Assembly (NCBI GenBank): GCA_963816365.1
Contig: CAWFKG010000017.1
Coordinates: 28,415-92,414, forward strand
From: an uncultured Bacteroidales bacterium
GTDB taxonomy: Bacteria; Bacteroidota; Bacteroidia; Bacteroidales; VadinHA17
Direction of reading: 5' to 3'
Length of the DNA stretch: 64,000 nt
In this document: positions 23,622-32,906 of the stretch, in pieces
Numbering within the stretch: the first letter of the stretch is position 1
Layout: each line of letters opens with the position of its first letter
Translations under genes and position numbers: made by a program
Notes under the pieces: model-generated
Database searches by the model: none
What the model was told of the DNA's origin: nothing
What the model saw: the letters and a program-made list of their open reading frames with translations, nothing else

Positions 23622-24437
23622 TCTATGCTCCTTATTGTTTATAACCATTATCAAATCTTCTTTTTTATTTACCCCATATTTAAAACATTCTTCGTCGCTA
23701 AAAAAACTGTCATTTTTAATAACTTTGACAGTAAAATATTGGGATAATTCATCAAAAAACTGTCTTTTTGATACCATACGAACATGATCTTCCTGTCCAT
23801 AAAACAAAAGCCTTAATTCATCAGTATTAATATTAGGGTCCTCAAAATGGTTGTACAATAATTCTGAATATGGAGTTTGAAAAATCGCAACCCCGTCTTT
23901 TTTCAGGACTCTTGATGATTTCCTTCAATGCTTGTAAGTGGTCAGGAACATGTTCAATTACATGATTGCAGATTAAAATGTCAAAATGAATTTTCTTCAA
24001 AGTCTATTTTTGTTATATCAATTTTCCGCCAGTCTTCTTTTGGGATCAAGTCACATTTTATATATTCCGCTGGTTGAAGTTGTTTAATTTTCTGCGACAG
24101 ATGTTTTTCTGGTGCAAAATGTAGTATCCTTGCATTTCTGAATTTATCCCAGAAAGACAATTTATCAAAAAACATAAATAGATGTCTTTCCCTGTCGTTA
24201 CAATTGCAGTAATAACAACCAAAATTTTCCGTATCACTCCCGACTGGTTGAAAATAATTCACAATCCTTATATTGTCTTTATTTATATGATATTTGTAAA
24301 ATTTTTCAAATTGTTCACCACAGATATAACACTCTTTTATCTTTTTTTTCTTATTATCTGCATAAATATCAGTAGTCTTTCCTAATAGTCTTCAGCAATT
24401 TACGAATTACTTTTTTAATAAACTTTTTTAGATTCAT
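23622..24437 (-). CDS. class I SAM-dependent methyltransferase with an N-terminal Cys-rich segment, frameshifted
   Basis: The ATG is at 24437 (MNLKKFIKKVIRKL). The segments are ECYICGEQF..CYYCNCNDRERH (ORF 23981..24262), DILICNHVIEHVPD in another frame, and the C-terminus in ORF 23316..23858. Confidence 0.5.
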
Positions 24438-24493
24438 GCTTTTAATTATAAAAGAAATGAAGAAGATTCTTAACTATTCAATTTGTTAATCAT

Positions 24494-25765
24494 CTAGTAT
24501 CCAAGAATAACTGAATTAATTTCGGATTTAATAAAAACCGGACGAACAGCTCCAATCCACTTTCCATGCCAGCCGCTGCTTATTCTGTCTTCAAATATTT
24601 CAAATGAACAGGCATTATCATGAATAAATAAAGGAATTGAACTATCCTTAACAAAATAATTCTGAACCCTGTATATCCCATCATTCATCAGATTTCCAGG
24701 AATATGAAAGACAGCTTTGTTCAATCCTTTCTTTAAGTGGAATGCTTTCCGTAGAGATATTAAATACCGGATTTTGATTTATATCCCAGATGACCATGCT
24801 GACATTTATTTTAAGATTTTCATTTAAACTCCAAAACTCTGTTACTATATCAAAAGAACTTTTAACTGTAGATTTTATCTTTATCACATGTAATCAAAGC
24901 GCTCCTGATTTTTATAAAGTCATTCCCCGGAGCATCCTCAACCTCCCAAAAGTTATTCTTTATACTTTGATCACTTGAATCAGAAAGATAGAAGTCAACA
25001 ACTTTTTCAATTTCTCCAGTAAATTCAATGGTCCCTTTATTCAATAATATTCCCGATTTACAGAGACTTTTTACTGCAGTCATATTATGGCTAACAAATA
25101 AAACTGTTCTTCCATCATTACTGCTTACATCCTGCATTTTACCAATTGCTTTTTTCTGAAATTCAGCATCACCTACTGCAAGTACCTCATCAACAACCAG
25201 AATTTCAGGTTCAAGAAAGGCGGCAACTGCAAAACCAAGACGAACAGTACATTCCACTGCTATAACGTTTCACAGGAGTATCAATATATCTTTCACATCC
25301 CGAGAAATCCACAATTTCATCGAATTTGCTGTTTATTTCATTCTTACGCATTCCCAGAATTGCTCCATTCAGAAAAATATTTTCACGCCCGGTCAGTTCA
25401 GGATGAAATCCGGTTCCTACTTCAAGCAATGAAGCAATTCGCCCTTTTACTGTAATACTTCCTGTTGTAGGAGCTGTTACTTTGCTCAATAATTTTCAAC
25501 AGAGTGCTTTTCCCTGCTCCGTTTTTCCCGATTATACCAAGAACATCTCCCTGTTGTACTTCAAAGTTAATATCTTTCAACGCCCAGATATAATCACTTG
25601 TCCCCTTTGTACTTCGGTCATTAATATCTCCAATTTTCAGGTACGGATCTTCCCTCCCTCTGACCAGATGCCACCAGCGTCGAAGATCATGCGAAAGTGT
25701 TCCGGTACCAACAAGACCAAGACGGTATTGTTTGGAGACATTCTCTATTTTAATTGCAGGATCAT
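24494..25765 (-). CDS. wzt: polysaccharide ABC transporter ATP-binding protein (Wzt/TagH type) with an extra ~180-aa C-terminal domain, at least 4 frameshifts
   Basis: Walker [16 protein letters not shown], signature YSSGM and Walker [13 protein letters not shown] are spread over ORFs 25211..25489 and 24862..25257 and untracked frames. A non-NBD tail lies in ORFs 24681..24887 and 24494..24724. Confidence 0.75.
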
Positions 25766-25768
25766 GTT

Positions 25769-25844
25769 TGAGGTTGAGGTTGAGGCTAATGAGGCTAAGG
25801 TTGAGGCTAGTTCTTTTAATCTTAACCTTAACCTTAACCTTAAA
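25769..25844. repeat. empty hairpin, (GAGGTT)n arm against (AACCTT)n arm
   Basis: Left arm 25769-25809, ~9-nt loop, right arm 25819-25844. There is one G-T wobble per 6-mer on the plus strand. The wzm stop codon (25840-25842) lies in the right arm. Confidence 0.8.
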
Positions 25845-26688
25845 CAGTGTCCATAAAGGTTTTCTCAGTTCTGTTAAAAATTGCTACTCCGATAAAAAAG
25901 AGAACAATTGAAAAGATACCACTATAAATAATCCGTTCAGGTAAAATTCACCGGAACCTGTAAATCCATATTTAAATGCTTCAACTACTGAACTTACAGG
26001 ATTTGCCATAATCACCCACCTGTATTTTTCAGGGATCTGAGATATCGGATAAATTACCGGTGTAACATACATCCAGAGTTGAATACCAAACTGAATCAGG
26101 AATGTAAGATCACGGTATTTGGTGGTCATTGCTGAAATGATCAATCCAAAACCGAGTGCCAATATCGCCAGGATAATAATATAAACAGGCAAAAGCAACA
26201 GACTGATATTGGGATTTATCTGTTGATTAGTAAAATAGTAATAAAAGAAAACGCCCAGAAATAAAATGAACTGAATTGAGAATTTAACCAGGTTGGAAGC
26301 TACTATCGATAAAGGAGAAATAATCCTGGGGAAATAGACCTTTGCCAAACAAGCCTGCATTTTTCACAAATGTATCTGAGGTAAGACGAAGACATTCTGA
26401 AAAATAATTCCATACAGTAATTCCTCCAAGATAGAATAAGATCGGAGGAACTCCTCCAGTTGAGATTTTTGCAATTCTGCCAAAGACCAGCAGGAACATA
26501 AGTGTAGTCAGAAGAGGTTGAATGAAAAACCACAAAGGACCTAAAATTGTTTGCTTATATGTATACGGTAATATCTCGTTTAATGAACAGAACAAACAGA
26601 TCACGATAATGCCAGATCTCATCCAGCTTAAGATCAAGAAGATGCTTTTACGTGGAGTGATTGTCGAAATTTTATCCGGTGAATCCAT
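25840..26688 (-). CDS. wzm: ABC-2 type polysaccharide transporter permease (Wzm), 2 frameshifts
   Basis: ORFs 26284..26688 and 25884..26360, plus a terminal frame reading [11 protein letters not shown]. There are six hydrophobic segments. Confidence 0.75.
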
Positions 26689-26689
26689 T

Positions 26690-26788
26690 GTTGAGGTTTA
26701 GTGTTTAAGGTGAGGCTGAGGTTGACAGTTGAGGATGAGGTTGAGGCTTAGTCTTCTTAGCTTTGGACCTTAACCTTAATCTTAGCCT
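26690..26788. repeat. hairpin of the same GAGGTT / AACCTT family with unequal arms
   Basis: Purine-rich arm 26690-26749 is followed directly by pyrimidine-rich arm 26750-26788. It spans the gap between the wzm start (26688) and the wzc-like stop (26782-26784). Confidence 0.75.
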
Positions 26789-29219
26789 TTATTCTTCACA
26801 TAATACTCCTTCGTCTTATCCGTCTTGCCATACTTACCATAATATTTACTGCCATAATAAGAAGTACCATACGAGTATCCATATCCGCTCATATAGCCAT
26901 ATCTGATACCGTATCCATAATATCCCGAAACACTTATATCGTTTAATATAATAGCCATATTCTTAAGTTCACCATGATTATTAAGCTGCTCTATCAGGTC
27001 GATAGTATTAAGTGAGGTATATCTCTGACGAACAATAAAGAGGTTAATATCTGCATATTCGGCAAGCAAAAGAGCATCTGTTACAATTGCTACAGGCGGA
27101 GTGTCAAAAATAATATAGTCATATTCTTTCTTTGCTCTCTGCATGAATTTTTTCATCAGATCAGTTTCAATAAGCTCAGCCGGGTTTGGAGGAACCGGTC
27201 CTGATGGAGCATAGAAAAGATTTTCCACCTGTGTCTTCTTTATTATTTCTTCATATTCACAGTTACCGCTGAGGTAGGTGCTCATACCCGGACTATTTTC
27301 AAATTCAAATATCTTGTTGATACGCGGTTTTCTGAGATCAAGTCCGATCAGTAAAACTTTCTTGCCAAGCATTGCTATTATAGCAGCCAGATTAATGGAA
27401 ATAAATGTTTTCCCTTCTGAGCTTATTGTAGATGATACAGCAATAACTGCAACTTTATTTTCCTTTACATAATATTTTAAAGCTGTGCGTACCGATCTGA
27501 AAGATTCGGATAAGGAAGATGCCGGTTTTTCGACAACAGGTATCTCATTTTTACTGTCACTGTGACTGATATATCCGATTACCGGAACTTTTGTCTTCCT
27601 GATCACATCTTTTTTATCAATTACCTTGTTGTTTAAAAAGTCAATCAGGGCTAATGCAGCAGCAGGCAACAAAAGTCCCAGAACAAGGGCTATCATCAGA
27701 TTTTTTCTTGTTTTTGGTTTTACAAGACCTCTTAATTGTGCATAGTCGATAGTACGGTTATCAGGCAATGTTGATGCCTGGGCAATACCTGATTCTGCAC
27801 GTTTTTCAAGAAGGTAGGTATAGATTGAATTGTTAAGATCGAACTGCCTTTGTATGTTAACAAATCTTTTTTCAATGGAAGGTAATTTGCTCATCTCTGT
27901 TTCATTTATTGATATTTTTTTCTCTGTTTCGGCTTTTGAAAGATTCAGACTTGGCAATGCAGTTTCTTATATTTTCCTTGAGAGCTTCACGTAGTTACTT
28001 CAGATTGTTTATCAATATGATTAAGTGCAGGCTGATTTCCTTCAATATTAAATCTAAGTTTTTCTTTTTCCTGCTTGAGATTGGAAAGATCATTAACAAG
28101 TCCAAGAAGCACCTGATCGGTTATTCCAATAACTGAAGGAGAGATAATTGTTCCTCTGGCATTCTTATCATTTACATATTCCAGCAAGGTAATTGTAATA
28201 TTGCAGCTGCAGTTCAACCTCCGCTTTATCATTATCAGCTTTTTTCAAGACTGTTCTGAATAATTGTATTCTCGTCCTTAAGATCAATAAAATTGTTTTC
28301 CATTCCTGAAATTCTCAAGATTTTTTGCAGCAACCTCAAGTGAATCGGATATTATATCAAGTTGTTCGTTAATAAATTTTATAGTTTGTTCGGCAATCTG
28401 TTTTTTAAAATCGAGACCATAATTGATATATACCTCCATAAGCATATTCAGATAATCGGCTTCCTGCTCAGGTACAAAACCTGAAACTGACAGGGTTACC
28501 AGTGAGGCATCTTTATCTCTAGGTGCCACAGATAAGTTTTGCCCGGTACTGGTTTGCAAGAGTTCCCGGATCTGTAAAATAAAAATAGTAACTATTTGAA
28601 TTCCCTTTGAATAAACAGGTTTAACCGGATTCCTTTTTTCAATAATAAAGTCAAATCCAAATTTAGAAAACCTTTCTCCAAAGTTCTTTTCCGTTTCAAA
28701 ATTCAACTTCCCATCAAGTTCAATCCTGTATTTTTGTTCACTTAATATTGTGATACTCACTTTAACTCCTTTTGGTTCAAGTTCAAGAGAATCATATACT
28801 ACTATGAAAGGACAGGTTTTATACATCATTGATTCAACAATTCCTCTTCTTCCCACACCAAAGTAAACAACATGAAAATCTTCAAGCTTCTTCATTACCA
28901 TATAATTCAGTCTGTATGACTTGAGGATCTCCATTTCATTTTTCAGGTTCTGCTGGCTCTTGAAAATATCTCCACCCGGGATGACACTTGTGGCAATACT
29001 GCCCATTCCCCCGTTCTGATCATCTTTTATAAGAAGTGTAGATGATACTGAATATATTCTTTGAGAATACCTGTTTATACCATAAGCCATCGACAATGAA
29101 ATAAACAATGCAACGGCAAACCAGTACCAGTTGCTCATAAAAAGAGACAGATACCGTTTTATGTCGATGCTCTCTTCTTCGGGAAAATTTGATTGAGGTG
29201 GGTAATTAGTTGGTTCCAT
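26782..29219 (-). CDS. polysaccharide co-polymerase / tyrosine autokinase (Wzc-like), several frameshifts
   Basis: Wzz-type N-terminus in ORF 28284..29219. P-loop SSTISSEGKTFISINLA, Walker B IFDTPPV and a Tyr-rich tail GYYGYGIRYGYMSGYGYSYGTSYYGSKYYGKY lie in ORF 26782..27957. Confidence 0.8.
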
Positions 29220-29351
29220 TTTGATAAATGTTATAGTGTTATGATATTAATGGATGAATCAGTTGCAATGTTTCTAATTTATACGTTTCATTGATTCAAC
29301 TCTGAAACCTGAAACGATAAACACAATAATCTGACTATTTAGCAGAAATAA

Positions 29352-30129
29352 TTAATTAAGTAATAATGTCATGCTGATTGTACCTGTGACTGATGAAATA
29401 ATAAATGAAATTGTCGGCAGGTTCAGATTAAAGATTTTCTGACTGAGTGGTTGAACTATCACAACATCATTCGGAAGAAGAAAATATCCCTCTGAAGAGA
29501 GTATTTGTTTATCCTGCAAATTTAAGTGTAAAGGTTTTGGTCCCTTTATCAACCGGCCGAACAACAAGTATTTTATTCCGGTTTCCGAAATCACCAACTC
29601 CTCCTGCACGTCCGATTGCCTCAAGAACAGTCAGATAATTATTGTAATTCATATATGTTCCCGGGGCATGTCACTTCTCCAATAACAGTAAATTTAAAGC
29701 TTAGCAGTTTACATACAACGGTTGAATTATTTAAATACTTTATCAACAGAAGTCTGGACCAGTTTTCTTGCTTCCTCCAAGTGTTAGTCCGGTAACTTTT
29801 ATTGTCCCAACTAGCAGGCATTATAATATTCCCTTCAGGATTAACATCATAACCATTAAAGAAACCTGCCTGATTCTCCCTGTATGCTACTGCTGCCTGA
29901 AGTACCTGAGGAAAGTAAATCCGTTATTTTACCATCAGCAGTCATTGCCTTGGCAGTAATATACAGGATATCACGAGGCTGGATCTTGTAATCGGGGATA
30001 TCCATCGGGAAAGTTGTCTTCGCCACCTGGTTTCAGGAAGGTTATTCAGGTAGGCGAGTTTCTTTCTGGCTGGTACAACCTGAGGCCAGTAAGAGGGCCA
30101 GTGGTCAGAACGAGGGGAATTTGTTTCAT
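29352..30129 (-). CDS. polysaccharide export outer-membrane protein (Wza-like, Poly_export + SLBB), many frameshifts
   Basis: ATG at 30129 (MKQIP..). The frames contain IPDYKIQPRDILYITAKAM, GYDVNPEGNIIMPA and the ORF 29352..29624 tail. Confidence 0.6.
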
Positions 30130-30156
30130 TTTAGTAATTATAAAGCAAAGTATGTG

Positions 30157-30328
30157 GAAAGATAAAAGGAAAAAGGGTAAAGTATGGTTAAAGATAAAAG
30201 ATAAAAGTCACAAGACAAAAGTAAGAGAGGTTGCTAATTAAGGTCTTCCTCATTTTACTTGTTTTTAACCAGATATTTTGTTAGTTCTTCAAACTTTTAT
30301 CTTTTTACTTTTGTCTTTTGTCTTGTTG
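30157..30328. repeat. purine-rich tract followed by a complementary pyrimidine-rich tract (AAAGATA / TTTTGTC repeats), forming a loose hairpin
   Basis: 30157-30230 (GAAAGATAAAAGG..AAGATAAAAGATAAAAGTCACAAGACAAAAGTAAGAGAGG) against 30247-30328 (CCTCATTTTACTTG..CTTTTATCTTTTTACTTTTGTCTTTTGTCTTG). The motif order is partly permuted. Confidence 0.55.
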
Positions 30329-30441
30329 TTCGGCAAGCTTCCGCCCCGTCAGTCACATCCTTAGAAGTGCCCGACTAGCCCTGAGAATCTATGTCTGCAG
30401 CGTTTCCAGCCTATATCTGAAACACGTCGCTCAATTCGTAA

Positions 30442-31023
30442 TTATCTTCTGCCGGCTGACCCGGTATTCTGTAAAATCAACTTATTGTCTTCATTATTCC
30501 ACAATGGCAGAAGGTCAGATTTTTTCAATTTCATAAGATGACAATCTGCCTCATCGGGATGAAGCACAACATAACTTACCTTTCTCCCTACCAGTTCTTC
30601 TGCCTGCATGACTTTCCTTGCCAGATATTCGCGGTCAATATTCTTCCCTACAAGTATCAGATCAATAACCGGACTATCTTTTCCACGGGCAAAATCTCCG
30701 GTGAGATAAACACAAATAAGATTCCCTATCCGGTGAATTACTTTTTCAATCACCCGGTCAATACCCGCTTCTTTCATTATAATACTATGAATATCACCGA
30801 ATAAAGGATGCTTGAGATTGGCCTGATATACTTTTTTATTGCCATCACGCAGGGAATGTAAAAGACCCGCTTCTTCAAACCGGTTCAATTCGAGACGGAT
30901 TGCATTTGAGGATTCACCAAATTCAGACTCAAGCCCCCGGAGATGAGCTTTAGTGCTGCTGTTAAGGAAAAACTTCCTGAGGAGCTTTATCCTTGTTTCA
31001 GAAGTGATCAGGGCATTAATCAT
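30442..31023 (-). CDS. winged-helix (ArsR-like) domain fused to a minimal nucleotidyltransferase (MNT-like) domain
   Basis: Intact 193-aa ORF. The N-terminus RIKLLRKFFLNSSTKAHLRGLESEFGESSNAIRLELNRFEEAGLL is wHTH-like. LTGDFARGKDSPVIDLILVG matches the G-x-x-x-R-G..D-x-D pol-beta NTase motif. Confidence 0.55.
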   Translation of the reverse strand: MINALITSETRIKLLRKFFLNSSTKAHLRGLESEFGESSNAIRLELNRFEEAGLLHSLRDGNKKVYQANLKHPLFGDIHSIIMKEAGIDRVIEKVIHRIGNLICVYLTGDFARGKDSPVIDLILVGKNIDREYLARKVMQAEELVGRKVSYVVLHPDEADCHLMKLKKSDLLPLWNNEDNKLILQNTGSAGRR

Positions 31024-31123
31024 CAGGTTAAGGTCAGGTTATTGAGTAGCAAATTTACTCGATTTCTTTAATAATGCAATACCCTACTTGTTTTTATTAT
31101 CAAAATCTGCAATTTCTGAAAAC

Positions 31124-31670
31124 GGGCGCGAGGTATGCGGTTTGCGGTGTGCGGCAGAAGGTACGCAGAAGATTATTTGCTGTATGAGGTTTAATATAAA
31201 ATCATTATCTTTAGGCTCAGTGCTAATTTAAATTATTAATCTAAAACGCTGCATCATGGGAAATTTTCAAAAACTTCGTGTTTGGCAAATTGCCAAAGAA
31301 CTTGCCGTTCAAATTTACAAAATGACTCAAAATCTTCAGTTTAGAAAAGATCTGGGATTCAAAGATCAGATTCAAAGATCTGCAGTCAGTATTCCTTCTA
31401 ATATAGCTGAAGGAGATGAATCAGGTACTGATAAATTATCAGTCAGATATTTTTATATAGCTAAAGGATCTATAGCGGAACTTATGACACAATTAATAAT
31501 TGCCAACGAGATTGGTTATATTGATTCTGAAATTAAAAGTCAATTAGTTGATACCTGTGATAAATTATCTTCAATGTTGACTAGACTTATAAATGTAAGG
31601 CGTCAGATGAAATAAAATCGTCTATCCGAAAAACAAATACCGCATACCGCACGCCGCGTACCGCAAGCCC
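31124..31670. mobile_element. hairpin-bounded cassette a (four-helix-bundle cargo), arms (TGCGGTN)n / (ACCGCAN)n
   Basis: Left arm 31124-31169 and right arm 31637-31670 match at about 25 of 34 Watson-Crick positions by eye. Most of the remainder are G-T pairs. Confidence 0.65.
31256..31615 (+). CDS. four-helix-bundle protein (23S rRNA intervening-sequence protein family, PF05635/TIGR02436-like)
   Basis: Intact 119-aa ORF. KDQIQRSAVSIPSNIAEG and YIAKGSIAEL are the family hallmarks. Confidence 0.85.
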   Translation: MGNFQKLRVWQIAKELAVQIYKMTQNLQFRKDLGFKDQIQRSAVSIPSNIAEGDESGTDKLSVRYFYIAKGSIAELMTQLIIANEIGYIDSEIKSQLVDTCDKLSSMLTRLINVRRQMK

Positions 31671-31710
31671 TTTCAATAAGTAGAAAGAAATAACCTAACT
31701 TTACCGCAAT

Positions 31711-32699
31711 ATGAAAGACTTGTTGTTATTATTATGTCAATATCCATTTAAGGAACACAATCTTGACTTATTATCAAAGCTTCTCGATAAAGTTGAGGAT
31801 TGGCATAAGCTTGTTGAGCTGATAAACGCCCACGGCATAATTGCACTCGCTGCATATAATATTAAAGAATCAGGACTGGAAAGGAATGTTCCGAAGGACT
31901 CGATGGCAATTCTGGAAAACGGACTTATGAAGAGCATTGTCCGGAACACCTGGCTGACAGAACGCTGGAAAGAGGTAAATGATTTACTTTGTGAAGCGAA
32001 CATTAAACATATTCTGCTGAAAGGCATGGCACTTGAACATACCCTTTACGGATCAAGAGGTTTGCGTCAGATGAACGACAATGATATTCTGATAAAACCC
32101 GGAGAATCTGTCAGAGCCTGGGAACTGCTTCAAAGGAATGGCTTTATGCCAGAACCTGTTAAATCTCCCCTATTCAAAAAAATAATACTTAATTTCGGAC
32201 AGCACCTTCCGGCATTATATAAAAACGGTTATGCTCTTGAGATTCATTCTACTTTATTTGATCGACAGTAATCCGGATCGTAGAAAATTATGAAGATCCC
32301 TTTTCGGATGCTGTTGAAATAACCATAAAGAATAAAAAGGTTTTAATACTCTCAAAGGAGATGCAAAGTAAATATCTTTTGCACCATTTTGAACACCATA
32401 CTTTTTCAGGTGATTGTCAGTTACGTTTGTATACTGATATTAAACTGCTCGATGATTCAAGTCTTCTTAAGTTCCCTGACCGGTTTATATCAGAACCGTT
32501 GCAGGGTACTAAGAAAGAATATCGAAAACCCACGTACAAAGCCAGAATTCGTACTATCGAACCAAAATACCGCTTAAGATTCCTGATAGGTGATACCTTC
32601 CCTACAATGAAGTGGATGAAAGAACGTTATAAGTGCAGTATGATTAGGGTATTGCTGATGTATCCACTTAGAATCGGGAAACTCAGGTGGTTATTTTAA
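31711..32699 (+). CDS. uncharacterised nucleotidyltransferase family protein (PF14907-like), one frameshift at ~32270-32360
   Basis: ORFs 31711..32271 (ILLKGMALEHTLYGSRGLRQMNDNDILIKPGE..WELLQRNGF) and 32361..32699. Confidence 0.65.
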
Positions 32700-32762
32700 G
32701 GTCGAAGTTGAAGTTAAGATTGAGTCATAAAACCGCATACAGCAAACCACAAGCCCCATACC
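32699..32762. repeat. solo arms: a GAAGTT-type purine arm followed by a second (ACCGCA)-type arm
   Basis: GGTCGAAGTTGAAGTTAAGATTGAG (32699-32724) resembles 31024-31046. AAACCGCATACAGCAAACCACAAGCCCC (32729-32762) resembles the right arm of cassette a. Confidence 0.55.
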
Positions 32763-32906
32763 AGATTTCCATTCGTCAATATTCAATCAATTCTCATAAC
32801 CTAAATCCCAAAAAATACTATATTTGTAGGTTAACACCTAAATGATTACAATGCAACCTAAATAAATTGTTGCGGGTCTAAAAAGAAAATTGCAATACCA
32901 GGCGAC

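Noticed and set aside
21732-24437. Methyltransferase, aminotransferase and WbqC frames abut without stop codons (..NNKEHRMTKPIY.. and ..IIKSVKAMKIAIMQ..), suggesting a trifunctional fusion protein
   Set aside because: In both junctions a stop (ATGA overlap; TGA after ..IINL) appears if a nearby A run is changed by one base. The region is full of indels, so a fusion cannot be supported.
958-25856. Numerous ORFs antisense to or out of frame with the glycan genes (for example 958..1431, 2170..2484, 7254..7439, 17317..17553, 22486..22674, 25482..25856)
   Set aside because: Each lies inside a better-supported minus-strand gene and has a low-complexity or Cys/Ser/Leu-rich translation with no motifs. 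These are typical shadow ORFs.
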